Below are positions 34,601-41,638 of a DNA stretch of 53,048 nt, one piece after another. This stretch comes from Gemmatimonadales bacterium (lineage in GTDB: Bacteria; Gemmatimonadota; Gemmatimonadetes; Gemmatimonadales; GWC2-71-9). The notes below the pieces were generated by a model, which saw nothing but the letters and a program-made list of their open reading frames with translations, was not told the origin of the DNA and searched no databases. The stretch is from contig DASTUP010000249.1 in the NCBI GenBank assembly GCA_035759585.1, positions 1-53,048 of the forward strand. Reading direction: 5' to 3'. The first letter of the stretch is position 1, and every line of letters starts with the position of its first letter. Both the position numbers and the translations under genes were made by a program.

Positions 34601-37086
34601 TGCCACTCCAGGAGGTGCTTCCGCGAGACACCCATGCGCCACAGGGCCCGGAGGATGGCGTCGAGCGAGTTCCCCGCCTGGTGCGGCAGGTAGACGACTG
34701 CCAGGGCGAACTGCTGCGCGCTCGTGACGGCGTCGCGTCCGACCGCGCCGTAATACGCGCGCCATGACTTGTCGAACGGCGGCCGCACGAGCGCGAGGAG
34801 CAGGGCCACGACCCAGGGTGCCGCGATCGCGCCGAGCCCGATGAGCGTCCAGCGCACGGGCGACACCGGCAGGATGATCCATCCCGCCAGCAGGAACACG
34901 AGCTGCGCGATCTCCACCACGCTGCGCCGCAGGTTGTCCACGATCTTCCAGCGCGACAGGAGCGACAGCCGGTTCGGCTCGCGCCCTTCCGGCGCCGGCA
35001 CGCTCGGGCGGAGCCACGGAAGGAGCTGCCAGTCTCCGCGGGTCCAGCGGTGCTTGCGGCGCGTGTACGTGAGATACCGCGCCGGATAATCGTCGTAGAC
35101 GATCACGTCGGTCGCGAGGCCGGCGCGCGCGTAGTTTCCCTCGATCAGGTCGTGCGAAAGGAGCGTGTTCTCGGGAAACCGGCCGCCGGTGGCCTGCTCG
35201 AACGCAGCGACGTCATAGGCACCTTTCCCGGCGAAGCTCCCTTCGCCGTAGAGGTCCTGATAGACATCGGACACCGCCGTCGTGTACGGATCGACGCCGG
35301 GATGTCCGGAATGGATCGCAGCGAAGAGTGAGCGGTGCGCGCTCGGCAGCGAGACGCCGACGCGCGGCTGCAGGATTCCGTAGCCGCGCACCACGCGTCC
35401 CCGCGCGGGATCGTAGACGGCGCGATTGAGCGGATGCGCCAAGGCGCCGATGAGCACCGCGGCCGATTCGGGCGGCAGCACGGTGTCGGAGTCGAGCGTG
35501 ATGACGTAGCGCACGCTGCGGAGCGGCGCCACGTCTCCGACGATCGTGGAGAACCCTTCACCCTCTCCGCCGAGGACGAACCGGTTGAACTCGGCGAGCT
35601 TGCCCCGCTTCCGCTCCCAGCCCATCCAGACGCCCTCGTGCGGATTCCAGCGCCGGGGGCGGTGAAAGAGATAGAACGCGTCGCCGGCCGACGGCGCATA
35701 CCGCCTGTTGAGCTCCCGGACCCCTTCCGCAGCTGCGGCCACGATCCCGGCGTCTTCCGGGCGTGCCTCCTGCGCGGCATCGGTGAAGTCGCTGAGGAGG
35801 GCGAAGTAGAGATTCGCCTCCCGGTTGGCCAGGAACTGCACTTCCAGGTTCTCGAGCGCCTCCTCGACCGCCGCGACGCTGCCGAAGAGCGTCGGGATCA
35901 CCACGGCCGTGCGGAACTCGGGCGGGATGCCGTGCTCGCGAAGATCGAGCTTGGGAAGGAGCCGCGGCGGCAGGAGGGCCGTCACGAGCTGGTTCACCAC
36001 GCTGACGGCGATGTCGTTGGCCGGAATGAACGCGAGCAGCGCCACCGCAAGCCATTCCACGCGGACGCCCTCGCCGCCGAGCCAGAAGAGCGCGGCGACG
36101 GCGCCGGCGGTCGCGGCGGCGAGTCCCCCGACGAAGACGAAGTCCGGGTGATGGCGAATCCAGCGATACATCGCGTCGCCGAGATCGGGCCGGTAGCCCG
36201 TGAGCCGCTCGAGTTCCGGCAGCCCTTCGTCCACGAGGTAGTAGCCGACATGCGCGATGCGCGCGTCGTCCGTAACGCGGGCGGCGCCCTGGCGCGCGCA
36301 CTCGATCGCGAGCTCCGCGATCCCGGCCTCCGATTTCCGGGTCCGCTTCGCGATGTTCTCGACCACGTGCCGGTACCGGTCGCGCGTCTCGAAGGTCATG
36401 CGGGAGTAGTCGCCCGAGGGATCGGTGCGCAGCACCTGCTCGATGCGGCTCTGGGACTCGACGAACGTCTTCCAGTCCATGCGCCCCACGGCGCGCAGGC
36501 TGGAGATGCTGTTCGCCATCGCGATCTGCGTGAGGGCGAGCCGCTGCGTCGAGCGTGAGGTCGCCTCCTCCGCGCCGAACGCCTCGTCCGTCACCCACTG
36601 CTCCAGCCGATGGAGCACCGGATGCGCGCCGCCTTCCGTGCGGAGCTGCTGCAGGAAGCGCGCGACGAAGATCGCGTCGAGCGGCGGCGGCTTCGCGACG
36701 AACGCCTTCAGCGCTGCGTCGAGCTCGGAGTCGTCCCCTTCGGCGGTGAGGATCTTCGCGACGGCGGCGTCGGCTTCCTCGAGGCGGTCGAGCCGCTGCA
36801 CGGTCCGGAGCGCCATGCGCCGGACGTTCTCGATGAGGCCGAGGCGGAGCATCGCGGGGATGGCCCAGAGCTCGCCGATCGTGAGCGTCGTCGACTGCTG
36901 GAATGCCGCGACGAAGCCCGACGTGTTCTGCAGGTCGATCCGGCCCTCGGTGTGCGAGATGAGCGTGATCGCGAGCTCGTACACCCGCGGATAGCCGGCG
37001 AGCGGTCCGTTGGCGAGCTCCGGCAGCTCGCGGTAGTAGCCGCCCGGCAGGCTCTCGCGGACCTCGCCGATGTGCTCCTGCACCAC
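28684..37086 (-). CDS. cgs: Cyclic beta-1,2-glucan synthase (Cgs/NdvB/ChvB family: GT84 glycosyltransferase plus GH94-like phosphorylase domain)
   Basis: 2800-aa ORF. N-terminal TM region, GT motifs (LLSDFTDA, TLDSDT, RKHRWTRGDWQLL), further TM helices, then a large cellobiose-phosphorylase-like C-terminal region. The coordinates use the first canonical start (GTG 37086), but the frame stays open and protein-like up to 37404 (see findings). Confidence 0.9.
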   Translation of the reverse strand: MVQEHIGEVRESLPGGYYRELPELANGPLAGYPRVYELAITLISHTEGRIDLQNTSGFVAAFQQSTTLTIGELWAIPAMLRLGLIENVRRMALRTVQRLDRLEEADAAVAKILTAEGDDSELDAALKAFVAKPPPLDAIFVARFLQQLRTEGGAHPVLHRLEQWVTDEAFGAEEATSRSTQRLALTQIAMANSISSLRAVGRMDWKTFVESQSRIEQVLRTDPSGDYSRMTFETRDRYRHVVENIAKRTRKSEAGIAELAIECARQGAARVTDDARIAHVGYYLVDEGLPELERLTGYRPDLGDAMYRWIRHHPDFVFVGGLAAATAGAVAALFWLGGEGVRVEWLAVALLAFIPANDIAVSVVNQLVTALLPPRLLPKLDLREHGIPPEFRTAVVIPTLFGSVAAVEEALENLEVQFLANREANLYFALLSDFTDAAQEARPEDAGIVAAAAEGVRELNRRYAPSAGDAFYLFHRPRRWNPHEGVWMGWERKRGKLAEFNRFVLGGEGEGFSTIVGDVAPLRSVRYVITLDSDTVLPPESAAVLIGALAHPLNRAVYDPARGRVVRGYGILQPRVGVSLPSAHRSLFAAIHSGHPGVDPYTTAVSDVYQDLYGEGSFAGKGAYDVAAFEQATGGRFPENTLLSHDLIEGNYARAGLATDVIVYDDYPARYLTYTRRKHRWTRGDWQLLPWLRPSVPAPEGREPNRLSLLSRWKIVDNLRRSVVEIAQLVFLLAGWIILPVSPVRWTLIGLGAIAAPWVVALLLALVRPPFDKSWRAYYGAVGRDAVTSAQQFALAVVYLPHQAGNSLDAILRALWRMGVSRKHLLEWQTAVQAERAMQDSVRVVWRAMWPAALVAAAVLGIIIWRALPGSANPAPLWQLALGLLPFVIAWAVAPAIAHALGAPAVAREQRLSPESRGQAIRYALLHWRYFDTFVTEESNWLAPDNFQEAPTPTVALRTSPTNIGLQLLSVVSAADLGFLSIEQAAERLERALRSLERMRRFRGHFYNWYDLRDLRVLEPGYISTVDSGNLAGHLIALRQACLQLVESPIVDSKLVRSVETALDVASLSLLAAAEKRRDDDVPTGQPPLPPELAAARAAARGARTVALTLPVLEHLTGLLRQAEAALHARGPEDTYWVSWALALIESQRQWLTLTATRPAATLRDLADASPDAQRIVSRLEALGERAFQYAMDMDFGFLFDGQRRLFAIGFQQTSHTLDGSYYDLLASEARLASFLAIAKNDVPVEHWFRLGRTLTRASGAPALVSWSGSMFEYLMPMLVMRSFPFTVLAQTYEGAVQRHAAYGTERSVPWGISESAYNLRDRSYTYQYRAFGVPDLALKRGLGRDLVVAPYASLLAAMVEAKRALPNLTQLEALGLLGPYGFRDAVDFTRPEPDREYAIIRTYMAHHIGMGLVALTNILTGRLWQRRFHADPMVRAAELLLHERIPRRLVIQRGQGARLDEALPEPEMERPAVREIDVADTPRPHVALLGQLPYTIMISHCGGGYSRYEGLAVTRWRSDGTRDSTGQFCYVRDNHSGAYWSATHQPVGAPADWYRAFLATDRVTIHRADGPIETRTEVAVVPEDSAEVRRVTVTNNSDQAREVDLTSYGEIVLTTPESDRSHPAFANLFVETEYHAWCSAITATRRPRSGKEAAIWCVHVVATGPELAEPVTCETDRARFIGRGRSTANPASVETGAPLSGTTGAVLDPVFALRVRLRLEPGQSASVSFTTLIASNRELAFELADRYHDPHATQRALDLAWTSTQIELRELGVSPAEAAVFQELAGDLLYGAAARRAPQAELQLNRGSQPLLWSVGVSGDWPILLATIDSADGLPTLRQLLTAHRYWRRRGMTVDLVILKTQPTQYLGDLSDRVTALLHAVGESGVFDQSGGVFIRQADQIGATELAMLRATARVHIACDGRALGRITADAAAYGAADEDTEVDEALPVEPRSPERRRQSRVARTVRRIGGVLPSFLSPLASESAPHHPPGAKQISHRSLAPGLDNGFGRLTSDGAYEIEVAGDRVPPAPWINVVANQAGGFIVSERGGGCSWAENSHFYRLTPWHNDPVSDPVTDAIYLQDAEVGGIWSATPGPVETGAAFTVRHGQGYSAFESVYEEIRTHLTLGMADEAPVRVSVLRVTNESDRPRRLVITSYLEWSLGALREHTQHTIHTSFDAETGTIYASNTFDASFASWLAFHSISAAVSGHTASRRDFLGRNGTPAAPAALVDGEPLGGRTGVGRDPCAALQCILELDPGETREIVLILGAAATADEARSLVIEHRDGRTARAALDHSIDAWSRRLSVVKVSTPESSFDAMINVWTLYQALSCRMWGRTALYQSSGAYGFRDQLQDSMAFLHAEPGIAREHLLRAASRQFLEGDVQHWWHPHSGRGVRTRFSDDLAWLPFVAEHYVTVTGDAAVLDEEVPFLSMRPLEPDEHEVYDLPQVTEERASVYEHCVRALRRACTTGVHGHPLIGIGDWNDGMNRVGVEGRGESVWLAWFLITTLRSFARLAEARADDATAAEFRGQADAYSAAIEEHAWDGAWYRRAWFDDGTPLGSAQSQECRIDSIAQSWSVISGAGDPERQARAMQSLEEHLVREDARLIMLLTPPFDETPLDPGYIKGYLPGVRENGAQYTHAALWAVLATALRGDGDRALELYQMINPLTHAKTPEDVATYKVEPYVVAADVYTAEGHLGRGGWTWYTGSASWMYRVGVEGILGLTKRGNALVIEPRAPAAWQEYAIEYRFGEATYAITIRRDPGVTSIEATVDGERTADGSIPLADDGRRHEVLVRRPG

Positions 37087-37404
37087 GTAGTAGTTGTCGA
37101 GCAGCCAGTCGCCGGCGGGGCCGACCTCGCGTCCCGCGTCGGCGGCATCGAGCAGCCGGCTGTGCGCGTCGGCGAGGATGCCGCGGGTGCTGTCCAGCCG
37201 CGCGAGAAGCGGCGTCCGGCGGCGTCCGCCTGCCGCGAGCCGCTGGGATTTCGCGAGGGATTTCGCACGCTCGGTCAGCCGCTCGACGCCGAGCAGGTCG
37301 CCGCGGATGGGGCCGGTCAGGACGGTTTCGTGCGGGTCCGTCCGGCGGCGGAGCAGGCGCGATACGACGCGGGGAAGTTCGAAGGTGGGGATGGCGACGA
37401 TCTC

Positions 37405-38367
37405 CTAGGTCACGAGCGCCGTGACGAGCGCTGCAAGGGCGACGATCAGCGCGCCGAGTGCCACGGCGAGTATCTGGCGCTCCCGGGGTGTCGGCCGTGC
37501 CGCCCCCTCGCGCGCTTCGTAGAGTGATTGCGACATCACGCTCTGCGCGGCCATCACTTCCTCCATGCCCTGGATGAAGTGACGCTGATGGATCCGCTTT
37601 TCGAGATCGGGTCCCGGCTCGAACGTGGCGAGCTGTGCGGCCTTGAGCACCGCGTTCTTGATGTCGCCGCCGCTCCGCGGAAACCGCTCCGCCAGCTCGC
37701 GGAAGTTCACGTCGGGCGCGAGCGGCGTCTTCGTCGCATGAAGCTGGGCCCGCCAGATCCGCTCGCGCTCCTCGAGACCGGGCAGGTCGAAGCGGATGTG
37801 CGTGCGGATCCGGCGCTCGAACGCCGGGTCGAGGTTCGCGGCGAGGTTGGTCGCGAACACGACGACGCCGGGAAACCGCTCGACCTCGTTGAGGAGGACA
37901 TTGACCGTCGCGTTCGCTTCACGCTCGTACCCGTGGCTCAGCGACGTGAAGCGGCGGCTCGCGATCGCATCCGCTTCGTCGAAGAAGAGCACGGCGTCCT
38001 GCTTCTCCGCGTCGCGGAACACCGACGCCACGTGCTTCGACGTCTGTCCGACCCAGCGCGATTCGAGCTCCGCATAACGGACCACGAGCAGCTTCCGGCC
38101 GAGCGTCGCCGCGATCGCCTCGGCGGCGATGGTCTTCCCGGTGCCGGGCGGCCCCGCGAAATGGAGCGCCAGGCCGGCCGTGCCTCCGTGCCGCTCGGCC
38201 AGGCCCCAGCGATCGAAGATCAGGCTCTGCTTCCGGATCAGGGCCAGCGCCTGGCGGATCGCGTCGAGCGTCGACGGCGGCAGAATGACGTCCTGAAACG
38301 TCCGCCTCGGCTCCACCACATCGAAGAGCGGGCGGCCGAAGATGAGGTCGCGAATCGAATCGGACAC
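37405..38367 (-). CDS. AAA+ ATPase with a C-terminal transmembrane anchor
   Basis: Walker A GPPGTGKT, Walker B VLFFDEAD, sensor-1 FATN and FERRI. The C-terminal hydrophobic helix ILAVALGALIVALAALVTALVT comes directly before the TAG stop. Confidence 0.85.
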   Translation of the reverse strand: MSDSIRDLIFGRPLFDVVEPRRTFQDVILPPSTLDAIRQALALIRKQSLIFDRWGLAERHGGTAGLALHFAGPPGTGKTIAAEAIAATLGRKLLVVRYAELESRWVGQTSKHVASVFRDAEKQDAVLFFDEADAIASRRFTSLSHGYEREANATVNVLLNEVERFPGVVVFATNLAANLDPAFERRIRTHIRFDLPGLEERERIWRAQLHATKTPLAPDVNFRELAERFPRSGGDIKNAVLKAAQLATFEPGPDLEKRIHQRHFIQGMEEVMAAQSVMSQSLYEAREGAARPTPRERQILAVALGALIVALAALVTALVT

Positions 38368-38543
38368 CGGCTGGCTGGCCTCCTGTCACTCCCGGGTTTC
38401 CCGACGTAACGTACACCGGTCCGGGACCGGGTCCTGCGGCGCAGGTCACGCTGATCTCCATCCGGGCCCCTTATCTTGCGACGAGCCGCGTGCAGATTAC
38501 CGTGCATGGCCATCCTGACTCTCGAGAGGATTTCGGCACGCTG

Positions 38544-39101
38544 ATGTCCCGCTTCGGAAACCCCGCCTCGACCGCGCTCGATGACGCCCAGGCTTACAGT
38601 GCCGCCCTCCTCGAGCTGCTCGGCGAGCGCGACGCACTCGCGGTGCTGCGCGAGATGCCGGCGGCGCTGAGGAAGGCAGTCGAGGGCATGAGCCCATCCG
38701 GGCTCGCCGCTCCCGAGGCGCCCGGCAGGTGGTCGGTGGCCCAGGTCCTCGATCACCTTTCCGACTCCGAGCTCGTCGGGTCGTTCCGCTTCCGGATGGT
38801 GCTGGCGCAGGACCGGCCGGCGCTGCCCGGCTATGACCAGGATGCGTGGGTGACCCGGCTGCACCCGGCGGCCGCCGATACGCGAAAGGCGGCCGAGCTG
38901 GCACTCGGCCGCTTCACGCTCCTGCGCGAGGCCAATGTCGAGCTCTTCGAGCGGGCGACACCAGCCGACCTCCAGCGCATCGGTGTCCACGCGGAGCGGG
39001 GAGAGGAAACCCTCGCCCACATGATGAAGCTGTATGCCGGGCACGATCTCGTGCATCGGCGGCAGCTCGAGCGGATTCGCGGAGCCGTCGCAACGAGGTG
39101 A
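38544..39101 (+). CDS. DinB-family (DinB_2) protein
   Basis: WSVAQVLDHLSDSELV...YAGHDLVHRRQLERI shows the DinB His-triad pattern. ATG 38544 is preferred over GTG 38490. Confidence 0.75.
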   Translation: MSRFGNPASTALDDAQAYSAALLELLGERDALAVLREMPAALRKAVEGMSPSGLAAPEAPGRWSVAQVLDHLSDSELVGSFRFRMVLAQDRPALPGYDQDAWVTRLHPAAADTRKAAELALGRFTLLREANVELFERATPADLQRIGVHAERGEETLAHMMKLYAGHDLVHRRQLERIRGAVATR

Positions 39102-39155
39102 TCCGGGCCGCTGTATCCTGACCGCCGAAACCGAGCCACAATGCAAGGAGGAGCC

Positions 39156-39668
39156 ATGCTCCCGAGACATAGCCTGATGATACCGCTCGTCATGGCCGTC
39201 GCCGCGTGCACCGCCGACACGAGCGATCGTGCCGCCGCCGGCACCGACACCATGCCCGCGGCGCCCGCTCCAGCGGCCGCAGCCAGTGCGGCCAGCGCCG
39301 GCGGAATGGTCGATCCCGACGCCGCCTCCCAGGCCGATCTGGTTGCCGCCGGGATGGACAGCGCAACGGCCGCCGCGGTCGTCGCCGGCCGGCCGTATCA
39401 GGACATGCGCGCGGTGGACGCCGTGCTTGCGCGCTCGCTCGACGAGGCCCGGCGCGATTCGATCTACACCCGCGTCTGGAAGCCGATCGACCTCAATTCC
39501 GCCACGCCCGAGGAGATCGAGCTCATTCCCGGCGTCGGGCCCCGCATGCGTCACGAGTTCGAGGAGTACCGGCCCTACACGTCCATGGAGCAGTTCCGTC
39601 GCGAGATCGGCAAGTACGTCGACTCGACCGAAGTCGCGCGCCTCGAGCAGTACGTCACCATCAGGTAG
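39156..39668 (+). CDS. Lipoprotein with helix-hairpin-helix motifs (ComEA-like)
   Basis: Lipobox LVMAVAAC, an Ala/Pro-rich linker, then DLNSATPEEIELIPGVGPRMRHEFEEYRPY (HhH). ATG 39156 is preceded by AGGAGG. ATG 39141 is an alternative start. Confidence 0.65.
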   Translation: MLPRHSLMIPLVMAVAACTADTSDRAAAGTDTMPAAPAPAAAASAASAGGMVDPDAASQADLVAAGMDSATAAAVVAGRPYQDMRAVDAVLARSLDEARRDSIYTRVWKPIDLNSATPEEIELIPGVGPRMRHEFEEYRPYTSMEQFRREIGKYVDSTEVARLEQYVTIR

Positions 39669-39678
39669 AGCATCGACG

Positions 39679-40227
39679 ATGCGCCGTCACCTTGCAGCAG
39701 CGGTCGCCACGGCCACGGCCTTCGCACTGCTCCTTTCGGCACGCCCCGTGGACGCGCAGACCCCGCATGCGCACGACCCCTCACACGCCGAGGCGCCGAA
39801 GGCGGGAATCGACTCCGCCGGGGGAGATACCGCATTCGCCGCCGTCCAGGCGCGCGGCCGGATCGCGATGGGCGTGGATCAATACTCCTCACGGCACCGG
39901 TTCGAGGCTCTCCCCGACGGCGGGCGTATCGAGCTGCAGCGCGATCCGGCCGATACCGCCGGCGTGCGCACCATCCGCGAACATCTGCAGGCGATCGCGC
40001 GCGCCTTCGCGGCCGGCAATTTCGAGACGCCCGGCTTCGTGCACGATCGCGAGGTCCCCGGTGTGCGCGTCATGGCCGCCCGGCGCGACCGGATCCGCTA
40101 CGAGTTCCGCCCGCTGCCGGGCGGGGGCGAGGTCCGGATCACGGCCCGCGATGCCGATGCAATCACGGCGGTTCGCGAGTTCCTCGCCTTCCAGCGGATG
40201 GACCACCACGTCGAGGTGCAGGAATAG
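39679..40227 (+). CDS. Secreted hypothetical protein
   Basis: Signal peptide MRRHLAAAVATATAFALLLSARPVDAQ with a protein-like composition. I recognise no family. Confidence 0.55.
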   Translation: MRRHLAAAVATATAFALLLSARPVDAQTPHAHDPSHAEAPKAGIDSAGGDTAFAAVQARGRIAMGVDQYSSRHRFEALPDGGRIELQRDPADTAGVRTIREHLQAIARAFAAGNFETPGFVHDREVPGVRVMAARRDRIRYEFRPLPGGGEVRITARDADAITAVREFLAFQRMDHHVEVQE

Positions 40228-40232
40228 GCGCC

Positions 40233-40637
40233 ATGTCGGACGACCTGTCGCCTCCCGTCCCTCTGCCGCCGACCATTCTCGTGGTCGAGGACGAGCTAAC
40301 GGTGCGCCGCGCTGCCTGCCGGATGATTCGTGGGCTCGGGTTCGAAGTGGCTGAGGCGGGCGACGGGCGCGAGGCGCTTCGCCTCATCCGGCAGCGTGAA
40401 GCGCCGTTCGCGCTGGTGCTGACGGACGTCGTCATGCCGGTGATGGACGGGCTCGAGCTCTCCCGGGTGCTCGGCGAGGAACGGCCGACGCAGCCCGTGC
40501 TCTGCATGTCCGCCTATCCTACGACGACGCTGGCGGGGCACAATCTCCTTCCCCAGCGTCCCTTCATCCGGAAGCCCTTTCTTCCCGGTGCGCTGTCGTC
40601 GGCCATCCGGGAAGCGATGCAGGCGGCGCCGGCTTAG
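40233..40637 (+). CDS. Stand-alone response-regulator receiver (CheY-like) protein
   Basis: ILVVEDE, phospho-acceptor LVLTDVVMPVMDG, CMSAYP and conserved Lys in IRKPF. No output domain. Confidence 0.85.
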   Translation: MSDDLSPPVPLPPTILVVEDELTVRRAACRMIRGLGFEVAEAGDGREALRLIRQREAPFALVLTDVVMPVMDGLELSRVLGEERPTQPVLCMSAYPTTTLAGHNLLPQRPFIRKPFLPGALSSAIREAMQAAPA

Positions 40638-41638
40638 CCCGCTAGCTGCTCCATCCGGCACTGTCGCGGCGCCTTGTCGGGGCGCCACCGCAGGAAGCGC
40701 GTTCCGTGGCGGAATCGCCCGCCACTCACATGATCGTAACCGACCTCCACGACCAGCTCGGGCCGCAGCGGCTCCCACTCCGCCGATCGCTCCGTGCTCC
40801 AGCGGCTGGGGCCGCCCGGCGCCTTGCCGGTGAACCCGGGAGGACCGATCAGTTTCTCGAGCTTCGCCGTCAGCCCCTTCCGTTCCTTCTCCGCGAGACT
40901 CGAGCAGAAACCGACATGGTGGAGCAGCCCCTCGTCGTCATAGAGGCCGAGGAGCAGTGAGCCCACGACCTTTCCGCGTGAGGCATAGCGAAAGCCTCCC
41001 ACCACGCAGTCCGCGGTGCGGAGGCGCTTGACCTTGACCATCCCATCCCGCTCGCCGGAGCGGTACGGGAGATCGATCCGCTTCGCGATCACGCCGTCGA
41101 GGTCGCCCTTGCCACCGCCGGCGAGCCAGCGCACCGCGGTGGGCCGGCTCCGCGTCATGCGCGACAGCTGGATCGCGCCGCGAGGCTGCAGGAAGCGGTC
41201 GGCGAACGACTCGAGCCGCTCGCGCCGCACGGCGAGCGGCTGCTTCACGAGCGAGGTGCCGCGTTCGTCGACCAGGAGATCGAAGATCTGGATCCGGGCG
41301 GGATGCGTTTCCGCAAGCATCGTCACGCGGCTCGCGGCGGGATGGATGCGCTGCAGGAGATCGTCGAAGGAGAGCCGGCCGTCCACCGGGATCACGATCT
41401 CGCCGTCGAGGACGAAGCGGCGCGCGCCGAGCGCGAGCGCTGCAGCCACGACATCGGGGAAGTAGCGGCCCAGCGGCTTCCCGGCTTTCGACTGGATCCT
41501 CACCTTGTCCCCTTCCCGGAAGATGAGGCAGCGAAACCCGTCCCACTTCGGCTCGAACTGCCATTCCTTGCCGGCAGGGAGCTCGTCGACCGATTCGGCC
41601 TCCATCGGCGGATAGGGGAAGGGAAGCGGGAGGCTCAC
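40634..41638 (-). CDS. ATP-dependent DNA ligase (LigD ligase-domain / LigC type)
   Basis: Motif I EPKWDGFRC, later FDLL, LDGVIAKR and an OB-fold C-terminus. The start overlaps the upstream stop by 4 nt. Confidence 0.85.
   Translation of the reverse strand: MSLPLPFPYPPMEAESVDELPAGKEWQFEPKWDGFRCLIFREGDKVRIQSKAGKPLGRYFPDVVAAALALGARRFVLDGEIVIPVDGRLSFDDLLQRIHPAASRVTMLAETHPARIQIFDLLVDERGTSLVKQPLAVRRERLESFADRFLQPRGAIQLSRMTRSRPTAVRWLAGGGKGDLDGVIAKRIDLPYRSGERDGMVKVKRLRTADCVVGGFRYASRGKVVGSLLLGLYDDEGLLHHVGFCSSLAEKERKGLTAKLEKLIGPPGFTGKAPGGPSRWSTERSAEWEPLRPELVVEVGYDHVSGGRFRHGTRFLRWRPDKAPRQCRMEQLAG

Noticed and set aside
37405-37407. I considered whether TAG is reassigned (for example to pyrrolysine), which would make the AAA+ and Cgs genes one protein.
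   Set aside because: TAG also terminates other well-delimited features here (for example the DUF1059-like ORF). No pyl genes are present, and a fusion directly after a C-terminal TM helix is topologically implausible. It is kept only as a low-probability alternative in the finding.
29164-37527. Many long plus-strand ORFs inside the glucan-synthase region (for example 31336-34104 at 922 aa, 35335-36558, 36610-37527), and alternative-frame minus ORFs (33572-35017, 31724-33289).
   Set aside because: They lie antisense to, or out of frame with, a 2800-aa ORF that has clear family motifs. Their translations are Arg/Gly/Ala/Pro-rich, as expected for stop-poor frames in about 70 % GC DNA.
38238-39554. 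438-aa minus-strand ORF across the DinB and HhH-lipoprotein genes.
   Set aside because: It is antisense to two plus-strand genes with recognisable motifs and has a GC-artefact composition.
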